The notes below the pieces were generated by a model. That model made no database searches. It saw only the letters and a program-made list of their open reading frames with translations, and was not told the DNA's origin. The position numbers were made by a program, and so were the translations under genes. Positions 36,935-48,881 of a stretch of 64,000 nucleotides of DNA are shown in pieces (position 1 is the stretch's first letter; each line of letters opens with the position of its first letter). Origin of the DNA: Trichosphaerium sp. ATCC 40318 (taxonomy: Eukaryota; Protista; Tubulinea); contig JALMLS010000150.1 of assembly GCA_038496445.1 (NCBI GenBank), forward strand, positions 100,326-164,325. The letters are read 5' to 3'.

Positions 36935-38033
36935 ATGACAGCCATGGCAGAGTTTCCTCCTGAGATATTAAACCATATTTTTTCTTTCCTAGATGCTCAT
37001 TCAATGCTTTCGTACGTACAGGTACAGAAATGATTGAAAAATCAATCAATAACCCAACTAAACAGGTTTCAGCGGCCTTCAACGTCATAGATAACCCCCA
37101 CACATGGAGAAACGCTCACGAAGCGCGTTTCGGAGTAATAAAAGACGCAAGCGCCGAAACAAACTACAAAAAGGCGTATTGTACCTCTAGTACGTTTACT
37201 ATGGCGTAAAAAAGTGGTGTTTACGCTTTACATCGGTTTCCTTATTCCTAACGAGAACCGTTATTAATCGCGTTGTAGGTGACCCAAGATTACCAGCAGA
37301 GAAGATGTGGATAGTTCACTTGGGTAATAATAACTACTGGACTATAAACGAAGAAAAAACAGCGCTGTCTGGTAAAGCAGCACGCCTGAATACTGTTTGT
37401 TGGGTTCAATTCGAAGGAGACAAAAATGGCATTGAACCAGGTTAGTTTTTTCATTTTTTCCAAATCTCTGAATGTACGCTCATAATTTACGTTATTAAAT
37501 GGTCGTGTAGGTGTCTATGATGTAGTTTATAGAATGAAATTTGATAACAGAGAATCAGGAAACTTGGACTGCACATGGAAAGCAAAGCCAACACATGGTA
37601 ATAGTCATACTCATTTTTTCTTATTTTTTTCGCTTCTTGTCGCTTTACAATTGTTGTTTTGATGCCAACGGCGTTTATGATGATTGTGTTATATACCTTA
37701 ATTTAATGACTATAAATAGGTACTGAAATGGTACGCAAGGTGGCAAAGTATGGATACAAATTAAAAAAACAAGATTATAAAGACTGGTTTTATTGGCGCC
37801 CTGGTCAAATCACTGTTACAAAGACTAGCAGTGTCCATTTTGCCAACTTGGGCAATCAACCCTACTGGGTCTCAGGCTGGGTATGTATTACTTTAAATTT
37901 TGTTGTGCAAATGACTTTACCCACTAAGTTCTTTTCTTCGTTATTATTTGGCACTCAAGCAATCTGTTTTCTGACTTTGTTTTTAGCTTGTAGACTATGT
38001 AGCACTTGTAACTCCAGGTTTGTTACACAATGA
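36935..38033 (+). CDS. F-box protein with PP2/Nictaba-like lectin domain
   Basis: F-box EFPPEILNHIFSFLD; MWIVHLGNNNYW, AARLNTVCWVQFEG, PGVYDVVYRMK, terminal GWLVDYVAL match the phloem-protein-2 pattern. Confidence 0.75.
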
Positions 38034-38274
38034 TATCACTCCTGAAGATAACCGCATGCTCAAATATACAGGCGGAGTGTGGAATAGAGCTGGTAAAGCT
38101 AAGACGGGCAAAAAAGCTGAAACAACCGAAGCCTTTGAGAGTGGCGATTCACCTTATGCAGAATAAACATTGGCCTATTTCGTACTAGTACCAAACAAGC
38201 ACATTGAACGTAACTCATAAAATCATTATTAAAGAACAAATCAAAACTGAAGACATGATTATCTTTATTGAGGT

Positions 38275-39616
38275 TTAACAGTCGTGCCAAGTTACTTTAG
38301 ATACAGCTCTGTTCGATAAGTCAACATAAACGCTTGCATATTCAAACTCGCGAGTGTAAACCCACGTGTTAGAAACACGTTTTGCTGGACCTTTTGGAGC
38401 GCCAAGTTTACAATGTAAGTGAGGATAAAAGTTGTCTGGACAAGTATGATCTAGTCCATATGGGATGTAATCCGAGATTTCCCAAAAGAGGGAGTATCCC
38501 CACCAGTGGTTCTCCTCGGCAATGAGTAAAAAGTAAGATAAAGCGTTATTAAACTGGTCAGCCATCATCTGTCGTAATCCATTAGTCGTTTTAGGGATAG
38601 TATTGTTAGGCCAAGTCTTAGGATGAATAATTGGTCCAGGCCAACTTTTTATCTCGATAGTGCGATTTTTGTTTAATGGAGAACCTATTATTTCGAATAA
38701 AAGGTGTTGCATCGCGTCAGGAATCATTTTTCCAGTATCACGCTCAAGAAACTCTAGAACGGCGAAGTGATCAACCATTGAAGCTGCAGCGCTTTCTACA
38801 TGAAGATTCAGTCCGTAATCAGTATCTAGAGCGTTCATTATAGCTTTTTGGTTTTCTCCAAATCCGTCTAGTGATTCTTGCAATTTTCTTATCATCGCCC
38901 CTTGCGCTTTGTTGTGAGCCTCATTTTCAGCTTTTGTAAGGTTACGTATTCCAGTATCATATTTTGGTACACCGTCGAGGAAAAAACCGTCGATTAATAC
39001 CTTTCCATTACTGAGACGTTGTTTGGCAATGTCCACTAAGTGACCAACCCAAAAGTCAACAAAATCTTTGTTAGTTGGGTCAAAAAATGGCGAGCCTAGT
39101 GAAGTAGTGAGTATACTAATACTATTACGTTATAAAGCGTACCGTCGTTGGAAATTATGTTGCCCTTATCATCGCGAAGAGACCATTTATCTTGATTTTG
39201 TAACCACGTTTTAGAAGCGGTAGAACACTTTATAATTTGTCCTGCAAAACTTGATTTAAAGTAGAAAATTACTTTAACGTCCGGATTAACCGCCTAAAAA
39301 ATTCGTTAACCTTTTCAGTTTACACGTGATTATTTACCTTCAATTCAGTAGCAGCTTTTAATACAGATTCTTCATCTGTGGTGCCATACTTGAAAGATCC
39401 AAAGCAATTTCCAAACGTGATTATTTTGTAGTTTGATGCCATAAACTTTACTTGAGCATCTGTTACCACACCGCTCGCGTTACTGCCGTGCATATAGACC
39501 ATATCTGCTAATGTATCCCATGTATGAACCCACGGCTTAGTAGCTTCGCAATTACAGAGTAATATCGAAGAGAAGCAAAGAATAAAGCAATACAGGAGCC
39601 TTGTCATTGTTGCCAT
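38275..39616 (-). CDS. Secreted putative glycoside hydrolase (GHL15-like TIM-barrel family)
   Basis: Signal peptide; FMASNYKIITF, NPDVKVIFYF, WSLRDDKGN, DGFFLDG, KLGAPKGPA..WVYTREFEYASVYVDL. Confidence 0.7.
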
Positions 39617-39893
39617 ATAGAAAAGACTGCGCTCTGACTTGTATCCAATTGTCCACAAAAACAATGTCCACTGGCTAAAATGAGCTGCGAAACGCTAAGA
39701 TCACGTGCCACATAACCAATATACATGCCACAGGGCTTTTTATACAAACGGCATTCACATTAAACTTTAAAACCAAGTTCGCATTCACTTAACCTTTTGT
39801 CTGAATAGTAACGATATTATTCCAAATAAGGCAGATAGTCATCTCAACTTTCTACGAATCATCTGTCTGAACTCATAATGGCATCTTCAGCGA

Positions 39894-41426
39894 GTGTATA
39901 GTGCGTTGAAAGTATTGAGTGTACTCTTTAATGTACCTCCTAGTGTCTGTAGCTGTTTAATCCTGCTTATGTCAGTACTGTATTGCAATGCGTCGTTTTG
40001 CTCTGGACAAGTGAATTGCATGGGCTGTTTGCAAAATAGCAGTTGTGTTTGGTGTAGCGACCCGCCAACTTGCTCTGACGCCTTTAAACCATCTTGTTCA
40101 TGCAATGGAGGCTGTAAAAACTGTTTAAGACAAGATATTTCCGAATGCCCAGCAAACTACAAGCAATGCTCTTCATACACAAATTGTGAGTCTTGTGCTA
40201 ACGACACGGCATGCGGATGGAGCGTAACTGATAGTAAATGCACTTACGGGGATAAAAATGGAGCATGCGATTACTATTACGGTGGTAAATGTGACGGCAG
40301 CGCATCACCAAGTTATTCATGGCAGTATGGGAAAAATGCCAAATGCCCAAGATCCAACGGAAAGTGTAGCCAATATCTCAACTGTTTGGGTTGTACAGAG
40401 GATCCAGCTTGTGGATGGAATGTAAATACTGTAGAATGTACAGCTGGAAACTATTATGGAGCTTGTAATTCAAACGATGATCATCAATGTAGTGGAGGAG
40501 CTACTCCGATTCACTATTGGCAGTATGTACGTCTGCTTCAATTGTACATTGTTCAAAGTAGTCTTATATCTTTGCAAGGGACCAACGGCTATTTGCCCGA
40601 AAAGCTACAGCAAGTGAAAATAAATTTAAGAGTCTGTATTAATGGTAGTGCAATAGGTAGTTGTGATCAATATCTAAACTGTGGTGATTGTGCAAAAGAT
40701 GCTGCTTGTGGTTGGAACGTTGTAGGTAAGTGTACACGTACTCCGACAACTTGTTGTTTCAAATACCATAGCACAAGTTTACTTAATGCCTAGATGAAAC
40801 GTGTATGTCAGGTGATGTAAATGGATCTTGCGTTGCAGCAAATGATGAAGTCTGCCCGGGAACAGGTATGATTGTAGAACGAGTTCAATATTCTTAAAAG
40901 AACTTTAGCTGGTAAAGGCTACAACTGGCGTTTTGCAGAGTCACAATGCCCAAAAAATAATCAACCATGTTCTCAATATTTTGACTGTCAGTCTTGTGCT
41001 GAAGACAACTCTTGCGGATGGAACGTTTTCAGTAAGTATTTTTGTTGACATTGTTAAACTATGTTTATAACATTGAAATAGAGCAAGCATGCGTAGAAGG
41101 AAGCTCTAAAGGTGCATGCGTGCAAGACGATCACTGTACAGGTACACGTGATATTATTAGTATGTTATACTAACCAGAAGAATATAGGATCTGCGTCAGA
41201 AAACGCTTATTGGCAGCAAGGCATTTTTGCAATTTGTCCAAAGAATCATGGTACTTGTCAACAATACAATAGTTGTTCAAGTTGCACTAAAGATATTGCT
41301 TGTGGATGGAATTCACAGACTTCTGTATGTTTATCTGGAGACTTTAAAGGTGCTTGTAATGCCTATACTCAACCAGATGCTAAACACTGGTTCTTCGGTT
41401 CCTGTGATGCTACTTCAATAATATAG
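39894..41426 (+). CDS. Secreted Cys-rich PSI-repeat protein (start uncertain)
   Basis: About 6 repeats of CSxYxNCxxCxxDxACGW...C; no TM; TAG 41424-41426. Confidence 0.8.
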
Positions 41427-41780
41427 CATGTTGACAAAACCCAAATACAAGTTCTGTATACTACATTTTTGATGCTATCTCCAAAATACGGCATTGCGCC
41501 AGCTACTTGTAGCCAATACATTCATTTGTGCGTGTGAACGATTGTTAGGATGACGTCAAAATAGTGTCATCTGAAGTTGTCGTCTTTTTTACAAGCATCG
41601 CATTATACGTCTTCAAAGTATCAATGTTATACATCTTTTTAACAATAGGTTCTATGCACTTTTCTACAAGCTTATTCGCTAAATTCTAAAGACCATAGTG
41701 CCTTAGAATAATACCCAAACTATTACAGAAATCCGTTTTCATTAGTTATGTCAATAGATTAAGGTGGTTTTTTTTTAGTG

Positions 41781-42627
41781 CTACAAAGTCAGACTTGCAA
41801 GCATATTTACAACATCATTTACATCATCTGGAGTAGATACATTATCAAGCTTCTGCGTGATACGTTCTGATTGAGCTTGGTAACCACACTTGCTCATGAA
41901 TTTTGCTTTTTTTTCACGTGAGTTTTTGTAAAAAAAAAAAGGAAAAAACAAGCGTACTGATGCTTTGAATGATAGCAAGTGCATCAATTCGATATTTTTG
42001 AGCTGTTCCCCAGTGCGATCTGTATAATGCGTCACGTAAGAAGCCGTGTGAAGGTTACAAAAAAAAAAGAAGTCTCTTTTTTAAATTGGCTTCAAAGTGC
42101 GTACACAACGTGCTGTAATCTACTGCGCGCGAATTTTATTGCCTAGAGGTGATTTTGGGATTGTTGTAGAATGAATAGTTAACGGACCTTTTCAAGATAG
42201 TCTTGTGGTGGTTCTACAGGCAGTAACGGTAAGTTAGGAGCGGCTGACATAGGTTTGAGTACGTATTTGAGTCGGTGCCTCAAGTAGAAGTCCAACAACA
42301 GCTGTATGGCCTGAAATAGCTGCCAAATCAAGCGGCGTGTTATTTTTCGAGTCACGAACGTAAGGATTAGCGCCTCTTGCGAGTAATTCGTGTACTGCTC
42401 TAAGATTGCCTTTTACCGCCATTATATGTAAAGCTTGTACCATTAGTAAATCTCATGGCCTCTCTTAGAGTACCTGTTATGTTATTCTCATCTCCCTCAT
42501 TAATATCGAATCTAGCATTACCAGCCGTACTAAAAAACTCAGCTAACAAACCTTGCCTTGCAAAATCAGGTAATCTGAGGCCTTGAACGAAGGTATTAGC
42601 CATACAAAAAACCCGTTTGTGACTCAA
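41781..42627 (-). CDS. Ankyrin-repeat coding exons (5' end unresolved; may be part of the upstream transcription-factor gene)
   Basis: DINEGDENNIT/ALHIMAVKGNLRAVHELLARGANPYVRDSKNNTPLDLAAISGHTAVVGLLL. Confidence 0.7.
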
Positions 42628-43196
42628 GTCAAAATTAAATCAATTCAGCAACTAAACTGCTTATTCGGGAAGCCAGATATGCCTTGAGGTACACAAAGTA
42701 AATAGGCTTCCAAAGAGCTTACATTTAGGAGATATAAAGACACTTGTGGTATTTGATTTCGTTTTTTTTTGTTTCAAAGTACAACTGCTTATAAAATACA
42801 ACGTCTGCTTCTATGCGTTTGCAAGGCAAGACAGAGGGGCACTACGATTTGGCTCCAAGCTTTTTTACCCTTAGTGTACAAACCCCAATCCATCAAAGTT
42901 CTGGTGAGTTCTTTGTACACACAAAAAGGAAGCGAGGGCGAAGGGTTTTGTTTGGAAGATCTCGATAATTTCTTTGCTGCGATCGTTTTGATGTTAGTGC
43001 CTCTATGACTACCTACTTTAGGAAAAATGACCCCTTTCTTTTTGTTTGTGAATGCTCATGATATTGCTCATATGTGTTGAGGAGCTTGTAGAGGCGGCTT
43101 GACCGCGGTTATGTCCTCTAAAACCCAGTGTTAAAACAAACATCTTCAAGCTTGTTAAAACAAACGTTGTACGTACTAGGTTTTCGTTGGGGTCGT

Positions 43197-45937
43197 TTAC
43201 GTATAGTAGAATTCAACGGATTGCCCACAAAATTCCTTGCCATCATTGCTTACACAGACCTTGACAGAAGTTCCTTTTGGTCCAGGAGGTGTAGAAACAA
43301 TGAGAGTCTTGGCTTCATGGAACTGAGCCGTTACTACGCGATTACCAAACCGGACGCGAAGATCAGGAGAGTTTACAAAATTGGCGCCTAATTCATTCGT
43401 AAGTGTTTGTTGAAGGGTGGTTGTAGTTTGTACCAAGTATAACGGAACGGGTTTGCCCTGATGCTGTACCATGTCTCGGGAAGATCTCAGTAACAGCAGG
43501 AGGAGGTACAGGATTGTTTTTACGCTCTTTTAGGTATGATACATGAGAATAAACTTCAATTGGTCCAGAGATGGCGCTAACACCTGGTATTGTCTCAAAT
43601 ACTGTTCCATTATATTTCTAAACGCGTTAGTGAAGCCAATAGTAAGTTTATAAATTTTAATTCGCTAAACAAAATAAAAACGCTTAACGCTCAGCAAAAA
43701 CCAATCAACTACGAAAATTCGGTACCTTTAGTGAGAATTTAAGCCTGAAAGGAGTTCCTTGCATTTTAGTTGTAGACAACACTTTTAGGCGCTTAAATGT
43801 ACCAAACTGCGTTGTAGAGATTCTAACAACGCGGTTTCCTTCAAGACAAAGTGGCAACATTTGTTCAGAATCACCGCGAACTAATTCAGCCTCAACAAAC
43901 AAATTATTTGCGTTCAAGTCCAGCGTAGGTACATTAGCTAAATAAAAAATCAGAACATACAAAGACGTTAATAATATCATCTCCTACGCACCAACAAGCA
44001 TAATAGTGGGATAAGGCTTCAATATTCTCTTGTATACAGTCTTATTTGGTGGTTGTCTAGCCACACGTAGCTGGTAAATAGGTTTCTGCGCTGGTACGCC
44101 AAATTGACCAGCCGTGCTCATGCCAACTCCATTTCGTATTACAGGTGCTAAACCAACAGCTGTATTGCGTGTGGTCGAAGCAGTTGGTGTTGTGATAACA
44201 ACAGGGTTACCACCCAAGCTTGGATCTGATTGAATCGATACAGGAGTAGTAATTGGCTAAAACAAAAAGGTTAACTTCATTCCCAAGTAAATAAAACACA
44301 AAAAAAGTGTATTTCTACTAGATTTTTGTAATTGAACCTACCTGTAACGCTGCATGAGTTACTTTTGGTTCTACGATCGGTTGCAGATCGATAGACTCAT
44401 TAAACATTGGAATAGGTAAACCATCGCTTGAAAGACCCAAAGGGAAAGCTCCTATAAAGTAAACGTTGAGAATTGATGCTTCAATGAATAGAAACCTGCA
44501 AGTGCAGCTATACTAAAAATTTAATCGTACCGACATCCATATCACCCATTGGATCATTCCATTGTAACTCAGGGTTCATAGGAGGCGCACCATAACCACT
44601 AAATAAATATTTAGCTATTACATGGTTTTGGTTGCATTCTATCGTACTTAGGAGAGTCCACTTGCATACTATGTGGATCGATTTTCTTATTACCATCTCG
44701 GTCACGTTTCTGACCAACACTTGGTGTTGACATCAATAACTCATCAGCAGATTGTGTCAAACGTCTGCGAATCTCTATTAACTCAACAGTACCCAATTGA
44801 AGTAAATTTACAAGAAGGATCAAGTGCGTTTTGGCCAACCTACAGAGGCCAATGTGAGTTTTTTTCATTTCATTTTGAACAATCTGAAAACGCACGGCGT
44901 AAACCACTGCTTAATAGACTCTACTTCATCCAAAGGTAGCTTAAAAACACCAAGCAATAATGGCATTAGACTTGCAGGTATCTAATAATATTAGAATGGG
45001 TTACAGAGCAAAAAACAAACAAAGGGTTTCTTTCAACAAAAAACGGTTGAACGCGAAAACTCATTTTAATAAAATAATGGCAAAAAGGGGTACCTCTGGC
45101 TCCAACTGAATGAGTTGTTGTCTCTCAGAATACTGGGGTGTCTGTAAAATCTGTGTGTTATAATGTCGTAGCGTCTGACGCGTCCAAGACTGAAAATACT
45201 CTTGCCTTCAAAATGCGTCAAAAAAAAAAAAGAAAAAGAGATTGCGTTTTTCTAAGCGTACATCTTTGACAGAGCGTTCAACTGAGCTGTAGGAGAATCA
45301 GGTAGTACATTATTAGTGAATTCGAGAAGCTGAGATAGGGACATGGCTTGTAGAAGCTGTTGAAGTTGACGAAGATCTAACAGCAAGCGAAGCGTTACTT
45401 CAGTCTCAGGTGGGTTCAAAACAACACTTTGTAGGTCAGGACAAGTGTCGATGAAGCCTGGTAGGGTCTCAAAAAGCTGCCCAAGCAAAGGTATCCTCAT
45501 GTTATTTGGTATCTTCGGTTGAACCACATGCGTTAAAGAAACTAGGTGTTCTGGAAGCTCCTGGCGTTTGAGAGTTAGTTGGTGGTTTAAACGCGTTTAG
45601 AATAATTATTGGTACGATAGAACGCGTTTGCGAGTCAGTTTTGGGTGTTTTGGGTGTTTTGGATCGTTTAGGGTGATAAAAAGTGAATACGCCCAACGCA
45701 ATATTAGATATTGTGCGAGCTAGCGTAGTTTTGTTTGACGGCGATAAAGGAATTTATAAATGGCTCACAAAACAAACAAAAACAAATGAAGACGCGTTTA
45801 TGGCGTACTTTACCGAGCGAATGAAGCCGCTCAATCAGTTCTATCAACTCTCTTCGAAGAGGGTCGTTTTTGGGCTCTGCTGGCGGAAACAGGTGTTCCA
45901 GCGGATAACTTGCTTGATTTCCTTGATTCTCAGCCAT
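43197..45937 (-). CDS. Putative transcription factor: Rel/STAT/CudA-like Ig-fold DNA-binding domain + IPT/TIG
   Basis: YQLRVARQPPNKTVYKRILKPYP, LEGNRVVRI, FKRLKVLSTT, FRLKFSL, ISGPIEVYSH; IPT GANFVNSPDLRVRFG..STPPG..VCVSNDG..FYY; NLS-like QKRDRDGNKK. Confidence 0.7.
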
Positions 45938-46319
45938 TTTCTTCAAGTGTCTGTATACTATCTCTGTTTACCGTAAACTACCTACCAATAGGTTTAGGAT
46001 TATACCAAGCTACTCTTTTTGTTTGCGCAGCGTGTGTACCTTACAAACGACACAGGTATTGCCTCAATAGAGGCGTGGCTTTAAAAATACTTAATTTTCT
46101 GTTTCAAGCACGTTCAACAAAGTCATTTGAAAGGACAAAATAGAAACTGTAAACAGTTTATTTTTATTCCACACTTTGAGGCCACACTCGGCTAGCAGTG
46201 AATTTTAAATCTTACAAAGAGCCTAGTAAACCTTTGCCGTCAAGGCACTCTTCCGTGTTGGCATATTTCTGGTGTATTCCAGAGTTACCACGAGAATACC
46301 AGCGTACACTAGATTCGAC

Positions 46320-46625
46320 TCATCCACTGGCCATACGTTCCCTGGAGTTCTCTGCCTCGTAACAAAAAGTGGGATAGCCTCTGTAGATACACTTTATCGT
46401 CAACTTTCCTCTGTTGTACAAGCCGAATTGAGCACCGAGAAAGGTTTTGCCAGCTACGTCTTCGCACTTTAGGTAGTTCCCTTCCACTACCCATCTTCCA
46501 GTACGTGGTACTGAATAGCTGGTGTCACAAGAAAACGCCAATACAATGGTAGCACATAGTGCAACAAGCAAGAGAAGCGTTGCAGAGTAGTTTTTAGATA
46601 AATAGAATAAAACAGGAAGTTGCAT
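46320..46625 (-). CDS. Small secreted protein, unknown function (3' end uncertain)
   Basis: Hydrophobic signal TLLLLVALCATIVLA followed by a Cys-containing domain; may extend to about 46212 via a short intron. Confidence 0.45.
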   Translation of the reverse strand: MQLPVLFYLSKNYSATLLLLVALCATIVLAFSCDTSYSVPRTGRWVVEGNYLKCEDVAGKTFLGAQFGLYNRGKLTIKCIYRGYPTFCYEAENSRERMASG

Positions 46626-46808
46626 TTGCTGAATGTAGTGAACGTCGTCACACGATCCATCACGTTATGCAACTTCATAAAATAGTTCTAATTGCCTTGT
46701 TACTTAGTGTAAGGCGCGATTTCACAAAGTACAAATTAGTCATTTTTGGATTTAAAGTTTCCACATTAACCAATAACGGTCGATCCGTTCGGAATTTAAA
46801 AGGACGCT

Positions 46809-48144
46809 ATGGCTCAGGATATACGTAGAGTGTACGATAGAGATGGTTGTTATGTAGTAGTACGCGCTGTCCAGGTTTTTGAACAAAAATCGTTAAATAT
46901 TGTAAGGAAAACCTACTGACACCTGAAGAAGTGCAAGAGATCAAAACTGAAATGTTAGAGGTACGCCAGTAACAAACATGTGTAATAAGCGACGTTAGAT
47001 ATGTAAGGCAAATAGGGGTGACATTGCAGGCGTTAAACCATGTTCTGACGAAGTTCGTTCGTTTGGTATTTAATTTGGACTATTAAATTGGTACAGGACA
47101 GCGACGAGGACGTGCTAAAGCGCTATTTAGCCATTCATTTTCCCCACAAAGCATGTCACGTGATTTACCTTTTTTTTTTTGGAATCTTCGCTAATCTCAG
47201 TAGATAAGTGACAAAGTCTTGGCTTTATTGAAAGACCATGAAAAAACCAACAGCATACTCAAGCAGCTAGTAGGACCTAATGTCAAGGTTATTCTATTCA
47301 CAGGTTATCTTTAATCTAACCAGGTATCTAGGCATTACAATCAATGATGTTCGTCAAGGTTTTCGAGAGCATTTGTTTGCTGTGAAATAATTTAAACTCA
47401 GGGTCCCGGTTTACCTGGTCAGGCTTGGCATCAAGATGAGCATTTTATTCCTACAAGAGATAGGTACATCTTCCATCCTTTGTTTGCAACTCAGTATCGT
47501 GTCAGGTCTCTAACAGCTACCTGGATTGCTATTGATGATGTAACTATTGAAAACGGTTGCCTGTGGATATACCCAGGGTCTCATAAGAGAGGTTAACTTC
47601 CTCGTAGAAGAGACTTTTATAGATAGTTTACTGTTTCACTAGGCGTTCTTTATCCCATGCGCCCTCACAAAGACAAACGCTATGACTTTGCAGATATTGC
47701 TTACGGTATGAAGTAATTGTATAGCTGTTTCTCAAGTTACTTAGGATTTGACTACAAGGAAGAGGATGCTGTCCCAGTGCCTCTGAAAGGTATGTTTGAT
47801 CGTATTGAGTTACATATCTTCAGTACTCACATGGCGTAGCTGGTAGTGGCGTTTTCTTTAATGGGTATTTGCTGCATAGAAGTCTTGGCAATGTCACTAA
47901 AGATAAGTTTCGACGTGCTTTTGCTAATCATTACTGCTCAATGGAGTCTCTTGTGCCTTGGAATTGGGATGGTAGGATCAAAGACTACGTAGCAGACAAC
48001 AGAGATATAGTACCAGTGATTGGTGAGGACCCATACGCGTACAAAGGTAAGTAACCGACTTTTACATCTCGGATTTGTTTTGAATAGCGTTTAGGTATAC
48101 AAAACCATCATTACCCTTATGTCAGGGCACGTAAGCCAGAGTGA
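46809..48144 (+). CDS. Phytanoyl-CoA dioxygenase (PhyH) family 2OG-Fe(II) oxygenase, multi-exon
   Basis: [18 protein letters not shown] (HxD), [34 protein letters not shown]. Confidence 0.9.
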
Positions 48145-48221
48145 GACACCAAATAAAAGTAAAGTTTGCTTAAACCAAAATTCTTAAGCCTTTCTCGCAG
48201 TGTCTGTTATAAAATAAATAA

Positions 48222-48478
48222 ATGGCAACGGAATCGTCATACGCGTGCCGGATTATAGACATTAAAGCCACAAAATCGAAACCTTTGAAAGTAGAAGGCA
48301 CAATAGAGCTTCTATCAGAGTTTATTGGCACAAATCAGGCTCCTCAACAGAATAAATTTGTACTAGACGCTATGTTAGAGCAACTTCAAGAAGGTAATAG
48401 CTTTTTACGCTATAATATGCTTTAATTAACGCCCATTAAGAGTTAGCAACACCAGACGATGATATTGCATCAACATAA
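48222..48478 (+). CDS. Small (~70 aa) two-exon protein, weakly RNA Pol I A14-like
   Basis: MATESSYACRIIDIKATKSKPLKVEGTIELLSEFIGTN...LEQLQE/ELATPDDDIAST*. Confidence 0.5.
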
Positions 48479-48881
48479 GCGTATACGCATGATAACGCTT
48501 CAAAAATACCTAAAAAATAACAAATACGCCTCCACCTATAACTTTGTACATAATCAGCGCTTTGTACCAAAAAAATACATCTGTAAAACGCAAAATCGTT
48601 TTCCAAGCCAACAACCATGCATTGCTAGTATTACAAACCGAAGTAGCTGTTTACAGACAAAAAGCCGGATAATCTTTTTTCGCCTTCTCCACTTGAGCAT
48701 TTTTGCGTTTTTACAGTGAGGGTGATGTTGTCATTGTGCAATTGTTCACTGTCATAAACAGCATGTAAATTGTTTAGGAAGCCACGTGCTCAATAAACGC
48801 TACTTAAAAGGAAGGATACTTCCGCGTTTGCCCGTCAAAAATCGAAATTGTTAGGGAACGAAGAACAACTTGTTAAAAAAA

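Noticed and set aside
45638-45662. GTTTTGGGT tandem as an interstitial telomere
   Set aside because: Fewer than three copies, inside an intron; not distinguishable from simple sequence
46212-46322. In-frame TGA followed by about 35 more open codons, suggesting selenocysteine or readthrough
   Set aside because: No SECIS-like element visible downstream; a 28-nt GTATGG...CTAG intron or a true stop explains it equally well
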